From Cylindrospermopsis raciborskii Cr2010 (GTDB taxonomy: Bacteria; Cyanobacteriota; Cyanobacteriia; Cyanobacteriales; Nostocaceae): a stretch of 32,000 bases of DNA. The notes under the pieces were generated by a model. It was given only the letters and a program-made list of their open reading frames with translations, had not been told where the DNA came from and did no database searches. The translations under genes were made by a program, and so were the position numbers. Positions 9,544-17,969 of this stretch are shown in pieces. Within the stretch, counting starts at the first letter, position 1. The number at the start of each line of letters is the position of its first letter. The stretch spans positions 2,790,001-2,822,000 of the forward strand of contig NZ_CP065936.1 of the NCBI RefSeq assembly GCF_003367075.2, read 5' to 3'.

Positions 9544-9714
9544 ATGACAGAACCACAACCAACCATCACCCCTAAATTGGAAGAACCCAAGTTTGGTTTC
9601 AATGAGTATGCTGAACGATTAAATGGAAGAGCAGCAATGATTGGTTTTATTTTAATGGTAGTGATTGAGTATGTGACTAATCAAGGTATGTTAGCTTGGT
9701 TAGGCTTGAAATAG
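9544..9714 (+). CDS. hli: High-light-inducible protein (HLIP, one-helix CAB/ELIP/HLIP family); absent from the ORF track because it is under 60 aa
   Basis: Hand translation gives MTEPQPTITPKLEEPKFGFNEYAERLNGRAAMIGFILMVVIEYVTNQGMLAWLGLK (56 aa). It contains the chlorophyll-binding HLIP motif FGFN-x-YAE-x-xNGRxAMIGF followed by a single TM helix. An AAGGAG Shine-Dalgarno lies at 9529-9534, 9 nt before the ATG. Confidence 0.88.
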   Translation: MTEPQPTITPKLEEPKFGFNEYAERLNGRAAMIGFILMVVIEYVTNQGMLAWLGLK

Positions 9715-9786
9715 TTAGCCGTTCTAGCTGGGGAAATGGGGACGGTCCATTAATAATTTAGAGTAACACCGGGAAAGTAAGCTGTT

Positions 9787-10080
9787 ATGAACGCTATATT
9801 ACCTCAATTTTTGAAGTCATTCTATAGAAAAGATCCCATCATTAGTGTGTTAATCACCATGGGTATTATGGATGCACTTATTGGTGGACTGGATGATAGT
9901 TGGTCATTATTTGCTTTTGGTTTAGGGACAACAGGAGTAGCTTTGGGTTTGAAACTGGCTTCTAAATTGTCGCGTTCAACTCGGGAGGAAGAAAGGACCT
10001 TCCAATATTACCTACCACCCACTTCCTCCAGCTCCTCATTGCCAATTATAAAAGCAACTAAAAATAAACCACACTACTAG
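9787..10080 (+). CDS. Small hypothetical membrane protein (97 aa)
   Basis: ATG ORF. Two predicted TM segments (PIISVLITMGIMDALIGG; WSLFAFGLGTTGVALGLKLA) precede a Ser-rich basic tail. Confidence 0.5.
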   Translation: MNAILPQFLKSFYRKDPIISVLITMGIMDALIGGLDDSWSLFAFGLGTTGVALGLKLASKLSRSTREEERTFQYYLPPTSSSSSLPIIKATKNKPHY

Positions 10081-11429
10081 TTTTGTGTTGACAAGGTTAA
10101 TACCTGTGGGGGAGATGCATCCGGGGGATAAAGAAAATCCACATCCACTAAGGAAGAAGCTCCCGGTTTAATGTTTACAGATATGAGAGGAACTCCGACT
10201 TGACCTCTGGTTTGAACTAAATGCACGAATTTGGTTGCAGGTTGACCCTTTTCGTTTTGATAGCGTATGCGCACGGTCCCCCTAAAAAAAACTTGCCGTT
10301 GGGGAGTAGTAAAAAAGCGTAAACCGGGATTTGTGAGCTGATTTTCTTTAATCGGTGTTTGTAAAGCTAGGGTGACATTCTGTTGGGTGGTGGAGTTATT
10401 CCACAGAGGTAGTCTTAAACTATATTGAATGCCATAGTTACCGTGGGCAAAATAAGCAGTGTCAGCATACCTAACTAACATGGGTGCACTTTGAATTTGC
10501 CCTGTGCCTAATGTGCCACCATGTAGCGTACTTAAAACATAAGAAAAAGCCCGACCTGGTTGGGGAATGGTTAGATATGCGCTCTGGGGAGTGTCTGCTA
10601 GGAATCCTCGCCATTGGGAACCACGAGCAACTCCTGCAACCCTACCATAAATGGTTGGTTTAGCAGTTCCCTCAATGGGGGTGGGAACTTTATCCCTAGG
10701 AGTGGATAAATCCCCATTATTGAGTAAATCTTCCCATTCCGCTTGGTTTGGAGCCCGTTCACTACCATCAGCATTTAATTTAGCAAACATGGCTAAACTG
10801 GCAGCATAAACAGTTTCATTACTCCATAATCGCATATAAGTTGAACGTCCATTGAGGGGGGGTGTCAGTCCCCTCGTGGGAATTGGTAAATTTAATAAAA
10901 TTCGACTTTCCCCTGGGGGAATGATGATTTGAGGGGGGAATTTTTCTTGTCGTTTCCCTCTTAATATGTCAGACATTACCCGACTACCAGGACCTGCAAA
11001 AACCATTCCAGAGTAGTTAGGAAGTAAAGATTCTAAGGGAATGAAGGGTGCATCGGGCTGACTTAAATAACTAGCAGCGTGCAGTATGTTGACAGTGGCG
11101 ATCTTTTGACTAGGGTTATGTAAAATTATAGCGTGATACAGGGAACGTAGGTTTTCTGGTGGATCCGCTTTAGCCACGTGATGGGAAAAAACATCAAATC
11201 GCCCACGAAATGGGAAATTTAAATGGGCCTTGGGATTTTTTTTGTCTTGCGGGGGAAAAGTAGAAAGTAAAATTCCTTCTCTTAACACCAGTTCGGGACT
11301 ATTGCTATTAAGAACTGGAACGTCATCTAAACTTCCTGGTAAAGACCGCACTTGTTGATTTTGTATCACCTCTGGTGATGCGATGGGATTTGCTTGGGCA
11401 AGGATCAGATCCGGTAATACTAACAACAT
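10077..11429 (-). CDS. Secreted protein of unknown function (DUF3370-like)
   Basis: 450-aa ORF. A short hydrophobic N-terminus ends in ...LILAQA/NP, then the conserved-looking VRSLPGSLDDVPVLNSNSPELVLREGILLSTFP. From memory this matches the cyanobacterial DUF3370 family (about 430-480 aa); the family name is unverified. Confidence 0.6.
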   Translation of the reverse strand: MLLVLPDLILAQANPIASPEVIQNQQVRSLPGSLDDVPVLNSNSPELVLREGILLSTFPPQDKKNPKAHLNFPFRGRFDVFSHHVAKADPPENLRSLYHAIILHNPSQKIATVNILHAASYLSQPDAPFIPLESLLPNYSGMVFAGPGSRVMSDILRGKRQEKFPPQIIIPPGESRILLNLPIPTRGLTPPLNGRSTYMRLWSNETVYAASLAMFAKLNADGSERAPNQAEWEDLLNNGDLSTPRDKVPTPIEGTAKPTIYGRVAGVARGSQWRGFLADTPQSAYLTIPQPGRAFSYVLSTLHGGTLGTGQIQSAPMLVRYADTAYFAHGNYGIQYSLRLPLWNNSTTQQNVTLALQTPIKENQLTNPGLRFFTTPQRQVFFRGTVRIRYQNEKGQPATKFVHLVQTRGQVGVPLISVNIKPGASSLVDVDFLYPPDASPPQVLTLSTQN

Positions 11430-11807
11430 AAGAAACTAGAAAACCAGCAGCAATAGTACAATAACTACACAATTATCTCCCAAATAATTGGATAAATCAA
11501 TAGTACAATAATAGTACAAACCTGGTCCAAATAATCCTAAATAATAATATCCCTTGATTTGAGTTGATTGATTTTGGAGAGAATACACAGAAGTAGCCAG
11601 AACAATATCTACAGGTAATAGCTGCCAAAAAGTGAAATTATCGGCAAAACCAGCCATATTGGCTAGTTAAAGTAAGAACTGGTGGCGCAGAAGGATTTTT
11701 CTAGCCAACTGTCAAAAGAAGTTAATAATATTTTTTCCCACATAACAAATATTATCTAGAATTAGAATATAAATGTTTTCCCGAACCAATTTACAAGGAG
11801 TCACTAA

Positions 11808-12443
11808 ATGCCAGTCGTTGCAGTCGTGGATTACGATATGGGAAATTTACACTCGGTCTGCAAAGCTTTGGAAAAAGCTGGAGCAATTGCCAGGGTAACT
11901 GCTTGTGGCAAGGAATTAGCTCGAGCAGATGCTATAGTTTTACCAGGGGTAGGAGCTTTTGATCCGGCTATGCAAAATTTGCGCTCCCGCAATTTAGAAC
12001 AGCCTATAAAAGATATCGTCACCTCCGGGAAACCTTTCTTGGGTATTTGTTTAGGACTGCAAATTCTATTTGAATCCAGTGCAGAGGGAAACGAACCAGG
12101 ACTGGGAATTATTCGAGGAAAGGTACGACGATTCCGCCCAGAAGCTGGTATTGCTATCCCTCAGATGGGTTGGAATCAACTACAACTGACCCAACCTAAA
12201 AGCATTTTGTGGGAACACTTGCCATCTCAACCCTGGGTCTATTTTGTCCACTCCTACTATGTTGATCCCCTTGAACCAGAAGTTCAGTCCGCAACGGTTA
12301 CCCACGGTAGTCAAACTGTCACCGCTGCGATCGCTCGAGAAAATCTTCTGGCGGTTCAATTCCACCCGGAAAAATCCTCTAATATTGGATTGCAGGTTAT
12401 GTCAAATTTTGTCGCTCAAGTTCGTGAAAAAATTCCTGCTTAA
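11808..12443 (+). CDS. hisH: Imidazole glycerol phosphate synthase, glutamine amidotransferase subunit HisH
   Basis: 211-aa ORF. N-terminus VAVVDYDMGNLHSVCKALEKAGA, nucleophile elbow PFLGICLGLQ and catalytic VQFHPEKS are all present. Confidence 0.92.
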   Translation: MPVVAVVDYDMGNLHSVCKALEKAGAIARVTACGKELARADAIVLPGVGAFDPAMQNLRSRNLEQPIKDIVTSGKPFLGICLGLQILFESSAEGNEPGLGIIRGKVRRFRPEAGIAIPQMGWNQLQLTQPKSILWEHLPSQPWVYFVHSYYVDPLEPEVQSATVTHGSQTVTAAIARENLLAVQFHPEKSSNIGLQVMSNFVAQVREKIPA

Positions 12444-12487
12444 TAAAAATTAACAATAAAGACCAAATTAGTAATAATGCCTTGTCA

Positions 12488-13111
12488 ATGAGCTTGAGAA
12501 TTTACGGGAATCGTCTGTTGAAAACTTTGCCAGGAAAAAACACTAGACCCACTAGTGGAAGAGTGCGCGAAGCAGTTTTTAATATTTGGCAGGGAAAGAT
12601 TGACCAGTGTTGCTGGTTAGATCTATGTGCTGGCAGTGGTTCTATGGGTGCAGAGGCTTTATGTAGAGGCGCTAAGTTAGTTGTGGGTATTGAAAAGTCT
12701 AGTCACGCCTGTGCAGTTATTCAAGAAAACTGGCAACATCTGGTTGCTGAACAGCAGGTATTTCATATTCTGCGAGGAGATGTTCTTCAACAGTTAAAAA
12801 AACTATCGGGTCAAACATTTGATCGGATATACTTTGACCCCCCCTACGCAAGTAATTTATATGACCAAGTTTTAAATGCGATCGCAGGATTTAAACTTTT
12901 ACATAAACATGGAGAAATAGCAGTGGAACATAGCAGTGATTTTAAAGTGCCAATAATACCTATATGGCAGGTTATTCGCCAGAGGAATTATGGTAACACA
13001 TCATTAACTTTTTATAGCTGTAGAGAAGAGTCTAAAAGTGATGGGGTAGTGTATTATGATATCTCCCCATCACTGGGAACTCACATCAGTTGTGAGGGAT
13101 TAACCACCTAA
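12488..13111 (+). CDS. rsmD: 16S rRNA (guanine966-N2)-methyltransferase RsmD
   Basis: [37 protein letters not shown]-binding [15 protein letters not shown] and the FDPPY motif are present. I prefer the ATG at 12488 over the track's TTG at 12482. About 30 non-conserved-looking C-terminal residues run into petG on the opposite strand. Confidence 0.8.
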   Translation: MSLRIYGNRLLKTLPGKNTRPTSGRVREAVFNIWQGKIDQCCWLDLCAGSGSMGAEALCRGAKLVVGIEKSSHACAVIQENWQHLVAEQQVFHILRGDVLQQLKKLSGQTFDRIYFDPPYASNLYDQVLNAIAGFKLLHKHGEIAVEHSSDFKVPIIPIWQVIRQRNYGNTSLTFYSCREESKSDGVVYYDISPSLGTHISCEGLTT

Positions 13112-13213
13112 TCCACTAGGTCGTTTGTACTGCCTGTAAGCAGCATAAAAAAGTCCGCTCAGGGTGACGAAAATCAAACCCAGAACAATTCCGGAAAGTA
13201 GGGGTTCAACCAC
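13100..13213 (-). CDS. petG: Cytochrome b6-f complex subunit 5 (PetG); absent from the ORF track
   Basis: Hand translation of the minus strand gives (GTG)[37 protein letters not shown]-stop (37 aa). This is near-identical to the remembered cyanobacterial PetG consensus [32 protein letters not shown]. A GAGGAG Shine-Dalgarno lies 7 nt upstream of the GTG. Confidence 0.9.
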   Translation of the reverse strand: MVEPLLSGIVLGLIFVTLSGLFYAAYRQYKRPSGLGG

Positions 13214-13420
13214 TATAAATCTCCTCTTGAGAAATATTCAAATTAGCTTCTTTTCTGATTTTACCGAAAAACTGGTTAAAACACAGTTCTTGGTGATCGG
13301 AGTTATGGATAGGTTTTAATTACCAGATATGAATGAAAGTTTTTTGTCATAATTTAGGTGGTAAGGATTGGGAGTGAAATAAAGCTCCCAAGGGCCGATA
13401 AATGATCACTGATCACAGTT

Positions 13421-13825
13421 TTGTGTAAACCTAGACCTGAAAAACTTTTGGATAAGCAGCTAACAAAAACCGAGATTACCGTTCACTGGATACCCTTATT
13501 GGCTTTAGTGATAATAATTGTTATTCCTATAACTATTTTTACGGTTGATATAGTAGTAAATATATCAGATCCTTATGTAAAAAATGTGCTATCTCTAGTA
13601 GGAGATCCAGCACGAGGAGAAGCCATTTTTCGAACCAATTGTGCTGGTTGTCACGGTTGGCAAGGAAGTGGACTGGTGGGTCCGAGCTTAAAAGAGGTGT
13701 CTAAGCGCAAGTCCACCTATGGCTTGATTCACCAAGTAATTAGTGGGGAAACGCCCCCCATGCCTAAGTTTCAGCCTGGTTTCCAGGAAATGGCAGATCT
13801 GTTAAGTTATTTAGAAGCTATTTAA
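13421..13825 (+). CDS. Membrane-anchored class I c-type cytochrome (possibly CytM-like)
   Basis: 134-aa ORF. One N-terminal TM helix (WIPLLALVIIIVIPITIFTV) is followed by the heme-binding motif CAGCH (FRTNCAGCHGWQG), GPSL, and a distal Met ligand candidate in PPMPKF. The 5' end is uncertain: upstream of the TM helix only TTG (13421, 13448) or CTG (13409) are available in frame. Confidence 0.7.
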   Translation: MCKPRPEKLLDKQLTKTEITVHWIPLLALVIIIVIPITIFTVDIVVNISDPYVKNVLSLVGDPARGEAIFRTNCAGCHGWQGSGLVGPSLKEVSKRKSTYGLIHQVISGETPPMPKFQPGFQEMADLLSYLEAI

Positions 13826-13866
13826 AACAATTTTGATGATTAAGCGTAAAATAAGGGAGACTACAA

Positions 13867-14583
13867 ATGCCTACACTGGGTGTAAATATTGATCATATAG
13901 CTACCATTCGTCAAGCCAGACGCACGATTGAACCAGATCCCATAGTTGCGGCGATGCTGGCGGAGTTAGGGGGTGCAGATGGGATTACGGCCCATTTAAG
14001 GGAGGATAGAAGACATATTCAAGATAGAGATGTGCGGTTATTAAGAGAAACGGTGAGAACCCACCTAAATTTAGAAATGGCCGCCACTGATGAAATGTTA
14101 GCCATAGCTTTAGACATCAAACCAGATTATGTCACCCTAGTTCCGGAAAAACGTGAGGAAATCACCACGGAAGGTGGCTTGGATATTCTGGGACAGATTG
14201 CTAGAATAGGAATGATAGTGGACAAATTGCAAAGTGCTAACATTCCGGTGAGTTTATTTATCGATGCTGAACCTGCACAAATTGCGGCTACTGTCAAGGT
14301 GCAGGCGAAGTTTATTGAACTACACACAGGAAAATATGCCGAAGCTAAAGATGAAACTACTCGTCACCAAGAACTGGCTTTGTTAGCCAAGGGATGCGAG
14401 CAGGCGATTGCTGCTGGTTTACGTGTTAATGCTGGTCATGGACTCACATATTGGAATGTGTTCCCTGTAGCAGCACTTCCAGGGATGGAGGAGTTAAATA
14501 TTGGTCATACTATTATTAGTCGAGCTGCATTAGTGGGAATGGAAAGAGCAGTACGAGAAATGAAACAGGCCATGGGGAGTTAA
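13867..14583 (+). CDS. pdxJ: Pyridoxine 5'-phosphate synthase PdxJ
   Basis: 238-aa [44 protein letters not shown] and NAGHGL are all classic PdxJ segments. Confidence 0.93.
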   Translation: MPTLGVNIDHIATIRQARRTIEPDPIVAAMLAELGGADGITAHLREDRRHIQDRDVRLLRETVRTHLNLEMAATDEMLAIALDIKPDYVTLVPEKREEITTEGGLDILGQIARIGMIVDKLQSANIPVSLFIDAEPAQIAATVKVQAKFIELHTGKYAEAKDETTRHQELALLAKGCEQAIAAGLRVNAGHGLTYWNVFPVAALPGMEELNIGHTIISRAALVGMERAVREMKQAMGS

Positions 14584-14585
14584 CT

Positions 14586-15287
14586 GTGTTATCCAGCTTA
14601 AAGTCAAATTTATTGCGCAAGGAACTTATGACTTCCAAAGTATCCAATAACTTACCTCTTTGGTTACAAGAACGGGACACAGTAATTGAACATAGTGCGA
14701 ACGTACAGTGGCGCTATCAAACACCTCCAGACTATACCCGCTCAAAAGAAAATTTGGCGAAAGAAAGCGTCTGTAATCACCTAGAAGGCTCCCTAGAGGC
14801 TATTGTACAGAACCTAGTGCGAACTTTTGAGATGGAGGCTTCTTTTAAGAGCAACCATCAAGAATGGTTATCAGTAGTGAAGGACAAGTTTCGGGTTATT
14901 ACCAATGGAGGTAAAGAATTTACAGCAGCAGATGTGTCTATTCAAGGAACTTATAATACATTTATGGGTGATTCTGAACATTACACAGCCTCCCAAGAAA
15001 CCTTTGAATCCTCAGCTAAATTGTTTCAAACCACATTTCCCCAAGGTTTTCCCTGGGAACTGCTGGAAGTGTACTCAGGTCCACCAAAGGTGGCATTTAA
15101 GTGGAGACACTGGGGACATTTTCGGGGTGCGTATAAGGATTTTGCTCCCACAGGGGAAACTGTGGAAATTATCGGGGTGAGCATAGCTCATGTAACTGAT
15201 GATTTAAAGATTATTTCCTTAGAACACTATTTTGACAACAACCTGTTCCTGCAAAAACTCACATCAGGTGGTAAGATCAACACATAA
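14586..15287 (+). CDS. NTF2/SnoaL-like protein homologous to plant 'pathogen-related protein' (PRP); function unknown
   Basis: 233-aa ORF with a GTG at 14586, 2 nt after the pdxJ stop (alternative ATG at 14628). FPQGFPWELLEVYSGPPKVAFKWRHWGHFRGAYKDFAPTGETVEIIGVSIAHVTDD aligns closely with my recollection of barley PRP (FPRGFAIEVLDVYSSP..IAFKFRHWGYMEGPFKGH..GGRVEFFGVCVFHVDED). Confidence 0.6.
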   Translation: MLSSLKSNLLRKELMTSKVSNNLPLWLQERDTVIEHSANVQWRYQTPPDYTRSKENLAKESVCNHLEGSLEAIVQNLVRTFEMEASFKSNHQEWLSVVKDKFRVITNGGKEFTAADVSIQGTYNTFMGDSEHYTASQETFESSAKLFQTTFPQGFPWELLEVYSGPPKVAFKWRHWGHFRGAYKDFAPTGETVEIIGVSIAHVTDDLKIISLEHYFDNNLFLQKLTSGGKINT

Positions 15288-15349
15288 TTGTCCAGAAATT
15301 GTCGAACAGTAGCCAACCCTAAAACCTAAATAAACAGATCAGAGCAAAA

Positions 15350-15670
15350 ATGGGAAAGTATCATTACGTGTTAGCTAGTCAAAAGTTTCTCCTCGAGGAG
15401 GAACCACTAGAAGAAGTTTTAAGGGAACGCATCCGTAATTACCACGAGCGGGAAAAAGAAATAGACTTCTGGCTAGTAAAAAATCCTGCTTTTTTGGAAG
15501 CGCCCGAAATGTCGGATATTAAGAAAAAATGTCCCCAACTACCAGTAGCTATTATTTCTACCGATTCTCAATTTATTACCTGGTTAAAATTACGCTTAGA
15601 ACATGTTATAGTGGGGGAATTTACTACTCCTTTGGGAACTGACCCCCTAGCTTCTTTGACTAATGTGTAA
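15350..15670 (+). CDS. ycf54: Ycf54 (DUF2488), Mg-protoporphyrin IX monomethyl ester oxidative cyclase complex component
   Basis: 106-aa ORF. YHYVLASQKFLLEEEPLEEVLRERIRNYHEREKEIDFWLV..PAFLEAPE and VAIISTDSQFITWLKLRLEHV match the remembered Ycf54 pattern (Synechocystis Slr1780-like). Confidence 0.75.
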   Translation: MGKYHYVLASQKFLLEEEPLEEVLRERIRNYHEREKEIDFWLVKNPAFLEAPEMSDIKKKCPQLPVAIISTDSQFITWLKLRLEHVIVGEFTTPLGTDPLASLTNV

Positions 15671-15717
15671 AAGGTGAACATATAACCTAAGAATAATTAC
15701 TTTGGTGCAATTTTACT

Positions 15718-16395
15718 ATGCAAATACGTTTACCCAAAACTAAGCTAAAACTGAACCTACCAAATAATTTATCACTTGCCCTTGTTTCTTTAGGTGCATT
15801 TCTAGTTCCGACAGTTATCTATCCTAATTACGTTCTGTCTCAACCTACCCTTGCTGCTTGCCAACCGCCCAATGCGGAGGAGTATTTGTTACTGTTTCTG
15901 ACCCCGACAGCTAATAATCAAGAACAGTTGCGTACTGTTTTGCCATCGGAACTAAAATCTGTAACTTGTAAATACTTAGACCAGGTAGTAACAAGAGTAG
16001 GTGGTTTTAAGAAAGTTGAAGATGCTAATCGCTGGGCGAAATATGTCAGTAACGTTATAGGTTTGGCCTCCATTATTACCCAAGTTACCCAACCGATGGG
16101 ATCGGAACCGCCGAAACCCAATTACAGTTATAATCCAACCGTATTAGGAGATGGATTTGCAGTCTTGGTAGATTATTTCCGACGCCCGGAATTGGCCAAC
16201 AATATACAAAAGATAGTCGGGGGTAACGTGGGGTTAGTTTCCTACGGAGAACGTCCCTACTTATTGGCCGTATATACTACTAATCAAACAGAAGCCTACA
16301 GAACATTACAAAAGCTGAATGAAAATGGTCTATTTGCCATTTTAGCTGATGGTAAAAAAGTAATGTTACTCCGGTCAGTAGTAACATTAAAATGA
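15718..16395 (+). CDS. Secreted hypothetical protein with two putative SPOR-like repeats
   Basis: 225-aa ORF. An N-terminal signal/anchor (LSLALVSLGAFLVPTVIYP) is followed by two roughly 70-aa segments showing the beta-alpha-beta-beta-alpha-beta residue pattern of SPOR domains. These are EYLLLFLTP...VVTRVGGFKKVEDANRWAKYV and GFAVLVDYFRRPELANNIQKIV...PYLLAVYTTNQTEAYRTLQKLNENGLFAIL. The domain call is inference only. Confidence 0.5.
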   Translation: MQIRLPKTKLKLNLPNNLSLALVSLGAFLVPTVIYPNYVLSQPTLAACQPPNAEEYLLLFLTPTANNQEQLRTVLPSELKSVTCKYLDQVVTRVGGFKKVEDANRWAKYVSNVIGLASIITQVTQPMGSEPPKPNYSYNPTVLGDGFAVLVDYFRRPELANNIQKIVGGNVGLVSYGERPYLLAVYTTNQTEAYRTLQKLNENGLFAILADGKKVMLLRSVVTLK

Positions 16396-16401
16396 GTGTG
16401 A

Positions 16402-16430
16402 GGGCCTGCTCAAATGATAACTGCAGGCCC
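16402..16430. terminator. Bidirectional hairpin between convergent genes
   Basis: GGGCCTGC (16402-16409) pairs perfectly with GCAGGCCC (16423-16430) around a 13-nt loop. It lies in the 41-nt gap between the + gene ending at 16395 and the - gene ending at 16437. There is no clear U-tract on either side, so activity as an intrinsic terminator is uncertain. Confidence 0.45.
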
Positions 16431-16436
16431 AAAGGT

Positions 16437-16907
16437 TTAAGAAGGAGCCTTAGTTAACCAATAACTTGCCAAGCAGGAAATAGTGGCTCCTAGAATCGAG
16501 CCAGCTACGACTTGAAGGGGCGTGTGTCCGAGAAGTTCTTTAAGACGGTCTTGAAAGAATTCCGGTTTTTCATGGAAGAGCTGATCAACCATTTGATTGA
16601 GGATGCGGGCCTGCTTACCTGCTGCTTGGCGAACCCCTGTAGCATCGTACATAACAATAATAGCTACAACCGCAGCCAAGGCAAAATCTGGAGATGACCA
16701 ACCTATAGTTTGTCCTACACCAGCTGCTAAAGCTGTAACTAGAGCTGAATGGGCGCTAGGCATACCTCCAGTGGTAACCAAAACACGGAGATCTAATTTA
16801 CGATGTTTGATAACTTCAAAAATGAGTTTTAATCCTTGTGAAATAAAACAAGCCACAAGTGCGACCAGTAGCACTCGGTTGTAGAAAATATCGCCGATGT
16901 CCTGCAT
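16437..16907 (-). CDS. Divergent PAP2 family protein (DUF212; acid phosphatase/vanadium haloperoxidase-related)
   Basis: 156-aa polytopic membrane ORF. It carries the family motif TTGGMPSAHSALVTALA and a downstream MYDATGVRQAAGKQA. Confidence 0.8.
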   Translation of the reverse strand: MQDIGDIFYNRVLLVALVACFISQGLKLIFEVIKHRKLDLRVLVTTGGMPSAHSALVTALAAGVGQTIGWSSPDFALAAVVAIIVMYDATGVRQAAGKQARILNQMVDQLFHEKPEFFQDRLKELLGHTPLQVVAGSILGATISCLASYWLTKAPS

Positions 16908-16986
16908 GGTATTTTGGTGGGGTGATGGAATTAAGAGCAGCTTGACTGTAGGTGGACAATTTCAAATCCAAAATCTCAATTGCCAC

Positions 16987-17916
16987 CTAGTGATTGCGAT
17001 TAATAATAAAATGAGCTATTTCCTGTAGAGGGACTGCCTTATCCCCATAAAAATCCAATTGGGCACAAGCTTCTTCCACAAGTTCTTGGGCCTTCAACCT
17101 TGACTCTTCAATTCCCCACAAACTAGGATAGGTGACTTTTGCACTTTCAATATCCTTACCAGCGGTTTTGCCGAGTTGTTCCTTGGTAGCAGTGATATCC
17201 AGAATATCATCTATAATTTGGAATGCCAGACCAATATTTTGAGAGTAACGTGTCAATTTTTGTATGTCTTGTGGAGAAGCACCAGCGATAATTCCCCCAC
17301 AGACCACGGATGCTTCTAATAGTGCTGCTGTTTTGTGGTTATGGATAAAATTGAGGGTTTCCAGTGAAATATTTGACTGACCTTCCGATGCTAAATCTAC
17401 CACCTGACCACCGACCAACCCAGGAGCCCCAGAAGCACTACCCATTCTGGCAATTACCCGTAAAGTCCTCTCAGGTGGTACGGTTTGAGGTGTTTGGGTG
17501 GCTACAAGTTCAAAGGACAAAGCCAACAGACCATCACCAGCTAAAATGGCTACGTCTTCCCCATAGACCTTGTGATTTGTCAACTTACCCCGTCGATAAT
17601 CATCATTATCCATAGCTGGCAAATCATCATGAATTAGGGACATGGTATGAATCATTTCCATAGCACAAGCGGTTGGCATAGCCATTTCTATAGTGCCACC
17701 AATCATTTCACAAGTGGCAAGACACAGAATGGGACGTACACGCTTACCTCCAGCTAGGAGGGAATAGCGCATGGCTTCATAGATTGTTTCTGGATACACT
17801 AGCGGAATGGATTTATCCAGAGCTGCATCACAAAGCTGCTGTCGTTCTCCAAGATAGGCATAGAGGTTAAACCGGGCTGGCTGTGATGTTTTTTGAATGT
17901 TATCCGTTGCTACCAT
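16987..17916 (-). CDS. crtE: Geranylgeranyl diphosphate synthase (polyprenyl synthetase family)
   Basis: 309-aa ORF. The first Asp-rich motif is [18 protein letters not shown] and the second is FQIIDDILD. Size and sequence are typical of cyanobacterial CrtE. Confidence 0.88.
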   Translation of the reverse strand: MVATDNIQKTSQPARFNLYAYLGERQQLCDAALDKSIPLVYPETIYEAMRYSLLAGGKRVRPILCLATCEMIGGTIEMAMPTACAMEMIHTMSLIHDDLPAMDNDDYRRGKLTNHKVYGEDVAILAGDGLLALSFELVATQTPQTVPPERTLRVIARMGSASGAPGLVGGQVVDLASEGQSNISLETLNFIHNHKTAALLEASVVCGGIIAGASPQDIQKLTRYSQNIGLAFQIIDDILDITATKEQLGKTAGKDIESAKVTYPSLWGIEESRLKAQELVEEACAQLDFYGDKAVPLQEIAHFIINRNH

Positions 17917-17969
17917 GCTGGGAGTCCTAAAAGTTTGAGTTGATGGTGATAAACAATAATCAATACTAA

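Noticed and set aside
11456-11468. NtcA-like site GTA-N-TAC upstream of the DUF3370-like gene.
   Set aside because: The spacer is 7 nt, not the canonical 8 (GTA-N8-TAC), so it does not meet the consensus.
11436-11657. 73-aa minus-strand ORF lying in the same frame as the DUF3370-like gene and separated from it by a single TAG (…VVIVLLLLVF*FLMLLVLPDL…). This suggested a pseudogenised or read-through longer N-terminus.
   Set aside because: The upstream peptide is low-complexity (YYYLGLFGPGLYYYC) and is built from the AATAGTACAA repeats. The short MLLVLPDLILAQA leader matches the kind of N-terminus I recall for this family, so the ATG at 11429 is the simpler explanation.
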